Of a stretch of DNA of 39,693 bases, positions 1 through 9,029 are shown one piece after another. The translations under genes and the position numbers were made by a program. How positions within the stretch are numbered: the first letter of the stretch is position 1; each line of letters opens with the position of its first letter. Source of the DNA: a virus; the UHGV virus genome UHGV-0150678. One strand, written 5' to 3'. Below the pieces are notes generated by a model. That model ran no database searches and was not told the origin of the DNA. It saw only the letters and a list, made by a program, of their open reading frames with translations.

Positions 1-107
1 TTATTAATCTGGTGAAGTTTTTCCTCTGTCATTACGTCATGGTCGATTTCAATTTCTATTGATGCTTTCCAGTCGTAATCAATGATGTATTTTTTGATGT
101 TTGACAT
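1..107 (-). CDS. 5' part of a leftward early gene running off the window start (N-terminus MSNIKKYIIDYDWK...)
   Basis: ATG at 105-107 on the minus strand with GAGGA about 9 nt upstream; reading frame still open at position 1. Continues in frame with the minus-strand ORF at 39432-39693 if the sequence is circular. Confidence 0.4.
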   Translation of the reverse strand, partial: MSNIKKYIIDYDWKASIEIEIDHDVMTEEKLHQIN

Positions 108-125
108 CTGTTCATATCCTCATAG

Positions 126-155
126 ATAAAAAACTGCCCTCACACTGGAGGGCAA
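126..155 (-). terminator. Rho-independent terminator within the leftward early operon
   Basis: Stem TGCCCTC/GAGGGCA (135-141 with 148-154), loop ACACTG, followed on the minus strand by a T6 run (complement of A128-A133). Confidence 0.5.
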
Positions 156-246
156 AGAAGATTTCCAATAATCAGAACAAGTCGGCTCCTGTTTAGTTAC
201 GAGCGACATTGCTCACATAGCAGACTCGCAAATCTGCTATAGGTGC

Positions 247-405
247 TTATTCGCATCGCATGACAACATCAAATTTTTTGAGATTACTTTGTCGCAACAA
301 TCCCTCTTCTACGCGGTCAGCTTTTCTATAATTATCAAATTCGAAATGTTTAATTACTTCTTTCGTTTCTCGCTCTATAACTTCAACGATGTATTTCTTA
401 TTCAT
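247..405 (-). CDS. Small hypothetical protein (52 aa, MNKKYIVEVIERETKEV...)
   Basis: Not in the ORF track (under 60 aa). ATG overlaps the stop of the upstream 405-674 gene (TAATG), suggesting translational coupling; same leftward operon. Confidence 0.3.
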   Translation of the reverse strand: MNKKYIVEVIERETKEVIKHFEFDNYRKADRVEEGLLRQSNLKKFDVVMRCE

Positions 406-674
406 TACTCATCACCTATGGCTTTTTTGATAGCTTCGCGAGCCTTATTAACAGCCCCATACCATTCTGGATATGTTGTCGTTGTTCTATTTTCGGCTTG
501 CTTAAGTAATAACTGAAGTGCTTCAAGTAAATCCGGTGCAGCCATAGCTAATCTTCCATTTGCTACGGCCTCTTCTGTTTCTTTACCGGATAGGGCCATT
601 CCCGGGTGTGAAAATAAAATTAAGCCTGCAAATTGGCTTCTCGCCAATTTTTTCCTAGTACCTTTAAATTCCAT
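405..674 (-). CDS. Hypothetical early-left protein (89 aa)
   Basis: ORF track; co-oriented with N in the leftward operon, in the slot lambda uses for ral/sieB-type accessory genes. Family not recognised. Confidence 0.55.
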   Translation of the reverse strand: MEFKGTRKKLARSQFAGLILFSHPGMALSGKETEEAVANGRLAMAAPDLLEALQLLLKQAENRTTTTYPEWYGAVNKAREAIKKAIGDE

Positions 675-761
675 GTTAGCCTCTGTTGTTTATGCCAAAA
701 GAAGGCCGACTATGCGGCCTGTGATGTTAGATTTACTTTCATTTTTGAACGGCAGCTACAA

Positions 762-1025
762 TTATGATGGAATGTACAAAACCACTTTCCAGTTCATAGA
801 AGTGGATGATGGCATAAAATAATCCCACGACTCGTTAGCTACTAACTCTTTATTAACTGTGGTGGCAGCAATTTCGGCACCACCTTTATTATTAAAAATG
901 TCGTTCGAATACTGACATTTTCCATCTGCATGCACATATAAAATATCATATGTCTCTGTATCGTAATCACCACTTATGTCTCTGATAACAATTCCTGGCT
1001 TCAATGATTTAATTTTCTTGTCCAT
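762..1025 (-). CDS. Hypothetical early-left protein (87 aa)
   Basis: ORF track; immediately downstream of N on the leftward transcript. Family not recognised. Confidence 0.55.
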   Translation of the reverse strand: MDKKIKSLKPGIVIRDISGDYDTETYDILYVHADGKCQYSNDIFNNKGGAEIAATTVNKELVANESWDYFMPSSTSMNWKVVLYIPS

Positions 1026-1033
1026 ATATCACC

Positions 1034-1360
1034 TCAAATAAGTGGTTTGCAGCCTAATTTCATTTTCTGGCGACCAACACAAGTCAACCCCATTTCACTA
1101 CGTGGCTTGCTGTACCATGTGCGCTGATTCTTGCGCTCAATACGTTGCAGGTTGCTTTCAATCTGTTCGTGGTATTCAGCCAGCACTGTAAGGTCTATCG
1201 GATTCAGTGCGCTTTCTACTCGTGATTTCGGTTTGCGATTCAGCGAGAGAATAGGGCGGTTAACTGGTTTTGCGCTTACCCCAACCAACAGGGGATTTGC
1301 TGCTTTCCATTGAGCCTGTTTCTCTGCGCGACGTTCGCGGCGGCGTGTTTGTGCATCCAT
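1034..1360 (-). CDS. N: Antitermination protein N (lambda-type)
   Basis: From the internal Met, MDAQTRRRERRAEKQAQWKAANPLLVGVSAKPVNRPILSLNRKPKSRVESALNPIDLTVLAEYH... matches lambda N as I recall it, including the arginine-rich boxB-binding N-terminus. The track ORF 1034-1438 has a 26-codon upstream extension that I do not use. Confidence 0.9.
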   Translation of the reverse strand: MDAQTRRRERRAEKQAQWKAANPLLVGVSAKPVNRPILSLNRKPKSRVESALNPIDLTVLAEYHEQIESNLQRIERKNQRTWYSKPRSEMGLTCVGRQKMKLGCKPLI

Positions 1361-1518
1361 CTGGATTCTCCTGTCAGTTAGCTTTGGTTGTGTGTGGGAG
1401 TCGTAGTCCTGAACGAAAACACCCCGCGATTGGCACATTGGCAGCTAATCCGGATTCGCACTTCCGGCCAATGCTTCGTTTCGTATCACACACACCAAAG
1501 CCTTCTGCTTTGAATGCT

Positions 1519-1549
1519 ACCCTTCTTCAGGGCTTAATTTTTAAGAGCG
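1519..1549 (-). promoter_or_regulatory. nutL (boxA CGCTCTTAA and boxB GCCCTGAAGAAGGGT on the minus strand)
   Basis: Plus strand reads acccttcttcagggc ... ttaagagcg between pL and N, the reverse complement of a lambda-type nutL. Confidence 0.8.
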
Positions 1550-1569
1550 TCACCTTCATGGTGGTCAGT

Positions 1570-1651
1570 GCGTCCTGCTGATGTGCTTAGTATCACCGCC
1601 AGTGGTATTTATGTCAACACCGCCAGAGATAATTTATCACCGCAGATGGTT
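1570..1651 (-). promoter_or_regulatory. pL promoter with operators OL1, OL2, OL3
   Basis: TATCACCGCCAGTGGTA (1591-1607), CAACACCGCCAGAGATA (1615-1631) and TATCACCGCAGATGGTT (1635-1651) match the lambda OL1-3 17-mers as I recall them. Confidence 0.85.
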
Positions 1652-1799
1652 ATCTGTATGTTTTTTATATAGATTTATTTTTTGCAGGGTTGTGTGGATT
1701 GGGAAGGTGATCGAGAGATCTGAATTGCGATGTTTAGTGAGTTGTATCTATTAATTTTGAAATAAATACAATTGGTTATGCGTTTTTTGGGGGCGTTAG

Positions 1800-1828
1800 G
1801 CAAAGAAAACCCGGCGCAGATGCCGGGT
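1800..1828 (-). terminator. Terminator downstream of the cI-operon passenger gene (tIMM-like)
   Basis: Hairpin CCCGGC-GCAGAT-GCCGGG at 1810-1827, followed on the minus strand by TTTTCTTTG. Confidence 0.6.
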
Positions 1829-1839
1829 TGTGGTGGAGA

Positions 1840-2745
1840 TCAATGCTTATTTGGGAGTGCTGGTTTTTTTATCGACTCTAATAGCTCGGAGGCGTTACTA
1901 ATCTTTTTGTTCCCAAGGTAATTTGGCAGTTTTTCCATTGCGTAATTATCGTGTAGCCATTTTCTGAACACGCCAAGTGCCTCAATAGGATAAATCCAAG
2001 CTGTTATATGCTTATTTGCAGCTGACTGCCTGTAATTTTCGGGGAATAAATGTGGGTACTGCACCCTTTCCCCGAATTTCTCAGATAGCCCATTAGCTGT
2101 CCAATACTTTCCCCAGTGAATTCCAACACTTCCATCCAAAGATGTGGTGTCATCCATTGGGAATCCTCCTCCGATCAGGTTCATGGCAATGTCAGCTATC
2201 TCTCTGAATACTGCAAAATGAGTTGTCGGTATCTGATCGTTTAGCTTAATCCTTGCTCTATAGTTCTCGAATGAGATATCTATTGAAGCATTTGGGTTGT
2301 AATTTGACTTTTCATAAATCATTCGCTTAAGCGTGTACTCAGCCAAGCGAACAAAATTACCTATTGCGACTGACCTATCAAAATTGGTGGCATCTAGAGC
2401 GTAGTAACGGAGGATAGCCATGCAAACATAGTCAGGATAAGCATGAGTTTCCACGTTTGAGCTATTTAAAACGCGAGTGTATAGCTTTTCGACGTTATGA
2501 AACCCTTTCTCAGCTAAATACGCAGCTACTTTTTGACCTCTGGGTTTGTTTTTCTCTGTGTTCCAGTTTGATGTGAACACCCTCAGTGGCGTGTCATCAA
2601 TGCCGCATAACTTTGCGAGACCGTAGAGAGTTAGGTAAGGAGTTCCATCATTGAGAACGCCCATAGGAATATCATCAGAAACAACCTCTACTACAGGGAA
2701 AAGCTGCATTTGATGCAGGGATTCGCTATTGCTGTTAATCGACAT
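1840..2745 (-). CDS. 301-aa protein in the rexA/rexB position downstream of cI; possibly BstA-like abortive-infection protein (unverified)
   Basis: ORF track; AAGGAAA about 10 nt upstream of the ATG at 2743-2745. Lies between the cI stop and the tIMM-like terminator, where lambda carries rexAB. The N-terminal region (FPVVEVVSDDIPMGVLNDGTPYLTLYGLAKLCGI) looks like a KilA-N/Bro-N type DNA-binding domain; this is a judgement by eye. Confidence 0.85.
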   Translation of the reverse strand: MSINSNSESLHQMQLFPVVEVVSDDIPMGVLNDGTPYLTLYGLAKLCGIDDTPLRVFTSNWNTEKNKPRGQKVAAYLAEKGFHNVEKLYTRVLNSSNVETHAYPDYVCMAILRYYALDATNFDRSVAIGNFVRLAEYTLKRMIYEKSNYNPNASIDISFENYRARIKLNDQIPTTHFAVFREIADIAMNLIGGGFPMDDTTSLDGSVGIHWGKYWTANGLSEKFGERVQYPHLFPENYRQSAANKHITAWIYPIEALGVFRKWLHDNYAMEKLPNYLGNKKISNASELLESIKKPALPNKH

Positions 2746-2831
2746 ATCTTAATGATTTCCTTATTTTTATTGTAGGGATCTTCTTTTTTATTTCCTACAT
2801 CTAGATGCGTATAAAGTCTCTTGCTGCGGAC

Positions 2832-3548
<717 letters not shown>

Positions 3549-3555
3549 TTAAATC

Positions 3556-3620
3556 TATCACCGCAAGGGATAAATATCTAACACCGTGCGTGTTGACTAT
3601 TTTACCTCTAGCGGTGATAA
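3556..3620. promoter_or_regulatory. OR3-OR2-OR1 with divergent pRM and pR
   Basis: OR3 TATCACCGCAAGGGATA (3556-3572), OR2 TAACACCGTGCGTGTTG (3579-3595), OR1 TACCTCTAGCGGTGATA (3603-3619); pR -35 TTGACT and -10 GATAAT. OR1 differs by one base from the lambda 17-mer I recall (TACCTCTGGCGGTGATA). Confidence 0.9.
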
Positions 3621-3636
3621 TGGTTGCATGTACTAA

Positions 3637-3846
<210 letters not shown>

Positions 3847-3853
3847 ATAACCC

Positions 3854-3885
3854 CGCTCTTACACATTCCAGCCCTGAAAAAGGGC
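3854..3885 (+). promoter_or_regulatory. nutR (boxA CGCTCTTAC, boxB GCCCTGAAAAAGGGC)
   Basis: Canonical lambda nutR motifs immediately downstream of cro. Confidence 0.8.
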
Positions 3886-3964
3886 ATCAAATTAAACCAC
3901 ACCTATGGTGTATGCATTTATTTGCATACATTCAATCAATTGTTATCTAAGGAAATACTTACAT

Positions 3965-4243
3965 ATGCAACTTACAAGTACTCGCAAGAAAGCGAATGCA
4001 ATTACAAGCAACATCCTGAATCGAATTGCTGTACGTGGCCAGCGAAAGGTTGCCGACGCGTTAGGGATTAATGAATCGCAAATTTCGCGATGGAAAGACA
4101 GCTTCATCCCAAAAATGGGAATGCTTCTGGCTGTTCTTGAATGGGGTGTTGAAGACGAGGAGTTGGCGGAACTGGCTAAGAAAGTAGCCAGAATGCTGAC
4201 AAAAGAAAAAGCCCCGAAGAACGGCGAATTCTTCGAGGCCTGA
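3965..4243 (+). CDS. cII: cII-like transcriptional activator (non-lambda allele)
   Basis: Conserved core GINESQISRWKDSFIPKMGMLLAVLEWGV versus lambda CII GVDKSQISRWKRDWIPKFSMLLAVLEWGV. Start taken at the internal ATG 3965 with AAGGAAA upstream; the track ORF begins at 3905. Confidence 0.85.
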   Translation: MQLTSTRKKANAITSNILNRIAVRGQRKVADALGINESQISRWKDSFIPKMGMLLAVLEWGVEDEELAELAKKVARMLTKEKAPKNGEFFEA

Positions 4244-4277
4244 TGTAGAAAGACTGGATCAATCCACAGGAGTAATT

Positions 4278-4439
4278 ATGACAAAACGTCGTAAGAAATA
4301 CCAGGAAAAAGAAGAGATTCGACACCCTGATTCACCTGAGGGATTAGTGGTAGCCGCAGCAAATAACAGGGCGTTCGCAGAGCGCCTTGTTGGTGTTTAC
4401 AGACTAGCCAAAGCAGGAGTGAAACATGGGCGTCGTTAA
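4278..4439 (+). CDS. Small basic hypothetical protein (53 aa, MTKRRKKYQEKEEIRHPDSPEG...)
   Basis: Not in the ORF track. AGGAG 6 nt upstream of the ATG; overlaps the start of the O-like gene by 14 nt. Confidence 0.35.
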   Translation: MTKRRKKYQEKEEIRHPDSPEGLVVAAANNRAFAERLVGVYRLAKAGVKHGRR

Positions 4440-5247
4440 GTTAGCTGATTACAGGCCTCAACTGGAGGTCGTGGAGCATCGCGTGGCAGATACCGAAGAT
4501 GGTTTCATGCGCGTTGCTAACGAGATTACCGACAGTCTGCTGATGGCTGATTTAACCGTCCGGCAGATGAAGGTGATGCTCGCTATCATGCGCAAGACAT
4601 ACGGATTCAATAAGCCGATGGATCGACTCACAAACACGCAGATAGCAGCCATGACAGGTATTCATCACACTCATGTTTGCGCTGCCAAGCGCCAGCTTAT
4701 TGAGCGTAAATTCCTCATTGCTGATGGCGTGAAAATCGGAGTGAACAAGGTGGTTTCGCAGTGGATTAGCCAGGACAGCTTAACATTAGCTAAAACAGCT
4801 AATAAAACATTAGCCGAGTCGGCTAATGGGTATAAGCCAAGTCAGCTAAACACAAAAGACAATATACAAAAGACAATAAATACAAATACCCCCTTACCCC
4901 CTAACGGGGGCGGCGATGGGCAGGTTAAACCTGAACGTCGCAAGGCAGAACGAATCGACTACGAATCCTTCCTGAACGCCTACAACACCGAAGTCGGTGA
5001 CAGACTTCCACACGCTGTTGCGGTCAACGAAAAACGCAAACGCCGCCTGAAGAAAATCATCCCGCAACTGAAAACGCCAAACGTGGACGGTTTCAGAGCG
5101 TATGTCAGGGCGTTTGTGCATCAGGCCAAGCCGTTTTACTTCGGAGATAACGACACGGGCTGGACGGCTGATTTTGATTACCTGCTGAGGGAAGATTCGT
5201 TAACGGGAGTTCGGGAAGGGAAGTTTGCAGACAGGGGGATTGCATGA
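4426..5247 (+). CDS. Replication initiation protein, O-like N-terminal domain with a distinct C-terminal domain (P22 gene 18 type)
   Basis: N-terminal region ([33 protein letters not shown]) parallels lambda O (DLTKRQFKVLLAILRKTYGWNKPMDRITDSQLS); Pro/Gly-rich linker; followed by a helicase gene rather than lambda P. Confidence 0.85.
   Translation: MGVVKLADYRPQLEVVEHRVADTEDGFMRVANEITDSLLMADLTVRQMKVMLAIMRKTYGFNKPMDRLTNTQIAAMTGIHHTHVCAAKRQLIERKFLIADGVKIGVNKVVSQWISQDSLTLAKTANKTLAESANGYKPSQLNTKDNIQKTINTNTPLPPNGGGDGQVKPERRKAERIDYESFLNAYNTEVGDRLPHAVAVNEKRKRRLKKIIPQLKTPNVDGFRAYVRAFVHQAKPFYFGDNDTGWTADFDYLLREDSLTGVREGKFADRGIA
4776..4915 (+). promoter_or_regulatory. Candidate replication origin inside the O-like gene (iteron-like repeats, AT-rich tract, GC hairpin)
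   Basis: Repeated ACATTAGC and (A/G)GCTAA motifs at 4776-4850, an AT-rich tract with the direct repeat CAAAAGACAATA (4851-4890), then CCCCCTAACGGGGG; located in the linker-coding region as in lambda ori. Confidence 0.45.
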
Positions 5248-6620
5248 GACAGGATATCGAAGCGAGCGTTATCGGTGGCCTGCTGATTGGTGGATTAACA
5301 CCAACTGCCAGTGACGTTCTGGCAACGCTTGAGCCGGAAGCGTTTTCAATTCCGCTCTACCGGAAAGCCTTCGAGGTTATCCGGAAGCAGGCGCGAAACA
5401 GAAACCTAATCGACGCGCTGATGGTTGCCGAGGCGTGCGGAGAGGAGCATTTCACGTCAATCCTGATGACCAGCAAAAACTGCCCGAGTGCCGCAAACCT
5501 GAAGGGATATGCCGGAATGGTCGCGGATAACTATCACCGCCGTCTGGTGCTGGAAATCATGGATGAAATGCGTGAACCAATTCAGAGCGGAACCATCGAT
5601 ACATCGAGTCAGGCGATGGACGAGCTTGTAAAGCGTCTTTCAGCCATCAGAAAGCCCCGTGACGAGGTTAAACCTGTACGGTTAGGGGAAATCATCACTG
5701 ACTACACTGACACGCTTGACAGGCGTCTGAGGAACGGAGAAGAGTCCGATACCCTGAAGACCGGAATCGAAGAACTTGACGCTATCACCGGAGGGATGAA
5801 CGCGGAAGACCTGGTAATTATCGCCGCTCGTCCTGGTATGGGGAAAACCGAACTGGCGCTGAAGATTGCCGAAGGTGTTGCAAGCCGCGTTATTCCTGGT
5901 TCTGACGTCCGGAGCGGAGTATTGATTTTCTCAATGGAAATGAGCGCATTGCAGATTGCAGAGCGAAGCATTGCCAACGCCGGGAGGATGTCAGTTAGCG
6001 TGCTGCGAAATCCTGCATCGATGGATGACGAAGGCTGGGCGCGTGTTGCTAACGGCATGAGTCAGCTTGCAGATTTGGATGTGTGGGTAGTCGATGCCTC
6101 GCGGTTATCGGTCGAAGAAATTCGCTCAATCGCAGAACGGCACAAACAGGAAAATCCAAACCTGTCACTCATCATGGTGGATTATCTTGGCCTGATTGAG
6201 AAGCCGAAAGCAGACCGCAACGACCTCGCAATTGCTCACATCTCCGGAAGCCTGAAGGCGATGGCGAAAGACCTGAAAACGCCTGTTATCTCCCTAAGTC
6301 AACTTTCGCGCGATGTTGAGAAGCGACCAAACAAACGCCCGACAAACGCAGATTTGCGTGATTCAGGAAGCATTGAACAGGACGCAGACTCAATCATCAT
6401 GCTCTATCGGGAAGCGGTATATGACGAGAACAGTAGCGCCGCGCCATTTGCTGAAATCATCGTGACGAAAAACCGTTTTGGCTCGCTTGGTACGGTTTAC
6501 CAGCGGTTCTGCAACGGACACTTTGTTGCATGTGACCAGGATGAAGCCAGACAGATTTGCACAGCATCAAATGCACCCGCTGCACGTGGCAGACGATATG
6601 CACAAGGGGCTGACGTATGA
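5244..6620 (+). CDS. DnaB-family replicative helicase (P22 gene 12 type)
   Basis: DnaB N-terminal region plus Walker [10 protein letters not shown] and a RecA-like core ([18 protein letters not shown]); start overlaps the O-like stop. Confidence 0.9.
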   Translation: MRQDIEASVIGGLLIGGLTPTASDVLATLEPEAFSIPLYRKAFEVIRKQARNRNLIDALMVAEACGEEHFTSILMTSKNCPSAANLKGYAGMVADNYHRRLVLEIMDEMREPIQSGTIDTSSQAMDELVKRLSAIRKPRDEVKPVRLGEIITDYTDTLDRRLRNGEESDTLKTGIEELDAITGGMNAEDLVIIAARPGMGKTELALKIAEGVASRVIPGSDVRSGVLIFSMEMSALQIAERSIANAGRMSVSVLRNPASMDDEGWARVANGMSQLADLDVWVVDASRLSVEEIRSIAERHKQENPNLSLIMVDYLGLIEKPKADRNDLAIAHISGSLKAMAKDLKTPVISLSQLSRDVEKRPNKRPTNADLRDSGSIEQDADSIIMLYREAVYDENSSAAPFAEIIVTKNRFGSLGTVYQRFCNGHFVACDQDEARQICTASNAPAARGRRYAQGADV

Positions 6621-6693
6621 CCATCTACATCACTGAGCTAATAACAGGCCTGCTGGTAATCGCAGGCCTTTTTATTTGGGGGAGAGGGAAGTC

Positions 6694-7134
6694 ATGAAAA
6701 AACTAACCTTTGAAATTCGATCTCCAGCACATCAGCAAAACGCTATTCACGCGGTACAGCAAATCCTTCCAGACCCAACCAAACCAATCGTAGTAACCAT
6801 TCAGGAGCGCAACCGCAGCTTAGACCAGAATCGGAAGCTTTGGGCTTGTCTTGGTGACGTTTCGCGTCAGGTTGAATGGCATGGTCGCTGGCTGGATGCA
6901 GAAAGCTGGAAGTGTGTGTTTACCGCAGCATTAAAGCAGCAGGACGTTGTTCCTAACCTTGCCGGGAATGGCTTTGTGGTAATAGGCCAGTCAACCAGCA
7001 GGATGCGTGTAAATGAATTTGCGGAGCTATTAGAGCTTATACAGGCATTCGGTACAGAGCGTGGCGTTAAGTGGTCAGACGAAGCGCGACTGGCTCTCGA
7101 ATGGAAAGCGCGATGGGGAGACAGGGCAGCATGA
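6694..7134 (+). CDS. ninB: NinB (Orf family recombination mediator)
   Basis: [31 protein letters not shown]... matches lambda NinB; the track ORF starts 18 nt upstream at 6676. Confidence 0.9.
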   Translation: MKKLTFEIRSPAHQQNAIHAVQQILPDPTKPIVVTIQERNRSLDQNRKLWACLGDVSRQVEWHGRWLDAESWKCVFTAALKQQDVVPNLAGNGFVVIGQSTSRMRVNEFAELLELIQAFGTERGVKWSDEARLALEWKARWGDRAA

Positions 7135-7313
7135 GACGACAGCGACGAAGTATCACCGACATCATCTGCGAAAACTGCAAATACCTTCCAACGAAACGCT
7201 CCAGAAATAACCGCAAGCCAATCCCAAAAGAATCTGACGTAAAAACCTTCAACTACACGGCTCACCTGTGGGATATCCGGTGGCTAAGACATCGTGCGAG
7301 GAAAACAAGGTGA
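7131..7313 (+). CDS. ninD: NinD
   Basis: [51 protein letters not shown] matches lambda NinD (internal start of track ORF 7071-7313). Confidence 0.8.
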   Translation: MRRQRRSITDIICENCKYLPTKRSRNNRKPIPKESDVKTFNYTAHLWDIRWLRHRARKTR

Positions 7314-7480
7314 TTGACCAAAATCGAAGTTACGAACAAGAAAGCGTCGAGCGGGCTTTAACGTGCGCTAATTGCGGTCAGAAGCTGCATGTGCTGGAAG
7401 TTCACGTGTGTGAGCACTGCTGTGCAGAACTGATGAGCGATCCGAATAGCTCAATGTACGAGGAAGAAGACGATGAATGA
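7310..7480 (+). CDS. ninE: NinE
   Basis: [47 protein letters not shown] matches lambda NinE; GTG start overlapping the ninD stop (GTGA). Confidence 0.7.
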   Translation: MIDQNRSYEQESVERALTCANCGQKLHVLEVHVCEHCCAELMSDPNSSMYEEEDDE

Positions 7481-8195
7481 GTTAATAAATGGCAATGCCA
7501 TCAAAATGACAAGCATTGAAATCGCTGAGTTGGTGGGTAAGCGTCATGACAATGTGAAACGTACCATCGAAACGCTGGCTAAAAATGGTGTTATCCGGCT
7601 TCCTCAAATTGAGGTTTCCGAAAGAATCAATAACTTAGGGTTCAATGTTCAGTACGAGCATTACGTCTTCGAAGGCGAACAAGGTAAGCGAGATAGTATT
7701 GTTGTTGTTGCCCAGTTGTCGCCGGAATTCACCGCTCGCCTTGTTGACCGCTGGCGAGAGCTTGAAGAAGCTGCGGTTAATATCCCCAAAACGCTACCGG
7801 AAGCGTTGCGCCTTGCTGCTGATCTTGCTGAGCAGAAAATGCAACTGGAAAACCAGCTCGCAATTGCCGCACCTAAAGTTGAGTTTGCCGATCGCGTTGG
7901 CGAGGCCAGCGGAATTTTGATTGGAAACTTTGCAAAGGTTGTTGGAATTGGTCCAAACAAACTGTTTGCGTGGATGCGCGATCACAAAATCCTTATTGCT
8001 TCAGGTTCCCGGCGAAATGTGCCAATGCAGGAATATATGGATCGCGGCTATTTCACAGTGAAAGAAACAGCGGTCAACACAAATCACGGAATACAGATAT
8101 CGTTCACCACAAAAATCACCGGGCGTGGTCAACAGTGGCTGACCAGAAAGCTGCTCGATAACGGAATGCTGAAAGTAACAGGGGAGGCTGCTTAA
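7473..8195 (+). CDS. rha: Rha-family phage regulatory protein (antirepressor-like)
   Basis: 240-aa protein whose N-terminal region resembles the Rha domain and whose C-terminal region resembles KilA-C-type antirepressor domains; inserted in the nin region. Confidence 0.7.
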   Translation: MNELINGNAIKMTSIEIAELVGKRHDNVKRTIETLAKNGVIRLPQIEVSERINNLGFNVQYEHYVFEGEQGKRDSIVVVAQLSPEFTARLVDRWRELEEAAVNIPKTLPEALRLAADLAEQKMQLENQLAIAAPKVEFADRVGEASGILIGNFAKVVGIGPNKLFAWMRDHKILIASGSRRNVPMQEYMDRGYFTVKETAVNTNHGIQISFTTKITGRGQQWLTRKLLDNGMLKVTGEAA

Positions 8196-8485
8196 TGGCT
8201 AACCTACGCAAAGAAGCGCGCGGCAGAGAATGCCAGGTACGTATTTACGGCGTATGCAATGGTAATCCTGAAACTACAGTTCTGGCACATTACCGGATGG
8301 CTGGAATTTGCGGAACGGGAATGAAACCTGACGACCTGATCGGCGCATGGGCTTGTAGCGCGTGTCACGATGAAATCGACCGACGCACCCATAATCTCGA
8401 CAACAAAGACGCCAGACTTTACCACCTCGAAGGCGTAATCAGGACGCAGGCGATACTGCTGAAGGAGGGGAAGATTAAGTCATGA
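8195..8485 (+). CDS. YbcO-like DUF1364 protein (putative nuclease)
   Basis: MANLRKEARGRECQVRIYGVCNGNPETTVLAHYR...CSACHDEIDRR resembles DLP12 YbcO; four conserved Cys/His. Confidence 0.7.
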   Translation: MANLRKEARGRECQVRIYGVCNGNPETTVLAHYRMAGICGTGMKPDDLIGAWACSACHDEIDRRTHNLDNKDARLYHLEGVIRTQAILLKEGKIKS

Positions 8486-8844
8486 ACGAATATCAGTTTG
8501 TGCTTCCATACCCGCCGTCGGTGAATACCTACTGGCGAAGACGGGGAAGCCAATACTACATCAGCCATAAAGGCCAGAAATACCGAAAAGACGTTCAGCA
8601 AATCATCCACCAACTCAAGTTAGATATTTTCACCAAATCACGACTCCGCATCAAAGTCATCGCAGACGTTCCAGACTACCGCCGCCGCGACCTCGATAAC
8701 ATCCTGAAAGGTTTACTCGATTCCCTTATCCACGCCGGATTTGCGGAAGACGACGAGCAATTCGATGACATTAGCGTAATTCGTGGTGTGAAAGTACCAG
8801 GCGGACGGCTTGGAATAAAAATCACCGAACTGGAGAACGCATGA
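8482..8844 (+). CDS. rusA: RusA Holliday-junction resolvase
   Basis: 120 aa with the RusA acidic motif PDYRRRDLDNILKGLLDSL and GGRLGIKITE C-terminus; occupies the position of lambda ninG. Confidence 0.85.
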   Translation: MNEYQFVLPYPPSVNTYWRRRGSQYYISHKGQKYRKDVQQIIHQLKLDIFTKSRLRIKVIADVPDYRRRDLDNILKGLLDSLIHAGFAEDDEQFDDISVIRGVKVPGGRLGIKITELENA

Positions 8845-9029
8845 ACGCCACAATTCAAACGATACCAGAGCTTCTTATCCAGACACGAGGCAATCAGACC
8901 GAGGTGGCGAGGATGCTTTCCTGTGCAAGAGGAACAGTGCTCAAGTACAACCGAGACAGCAAAGGTGAGCGTCACGTAATAGTTAACGGCGTCCTGATGG
9001 TCAAACAGGGCAAGAGGGGTAGACCATGA
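8841..9029 (+). CDS. ninH: NinH
   Basis: GNQTEVARMLSCARGTVLKY resembles lambda NinH (GNQTEVARRLKCSRGTVRKY). Confidence 0.75.
   Translation: MNATIQTIPELLIQTRGNQTEVARMLSCARGTVLKYNRDSKGERHVIVNGVLMVKQGKRGRP

Noticed and set aside
289..516. Plus-strand 75-aa ORF
   Set aside because: Overlaps two co-oriented minus-strand genes with SDs and coupling; it has no RBS and a low-complexity hydrophobic translation.
1361..1438. N-terminal 26-codon extension of N in the track ORF
   Set aside because: The extension overlaps the nutL region and precedes the Met that matches lambda N; it is an artefact of taking the longest ORF.
5702..6058. Minus-strand 118-aa ORF inside the helicase gene
   Set aside because: Antisense shadow ORF within a well-supported coding region. 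The same reasoning applies to 7661-7960, 14166-14630, 14977-15324, 16318-16809, 18295-19182, 21725-22249, 28973-29452 and similar track entries.
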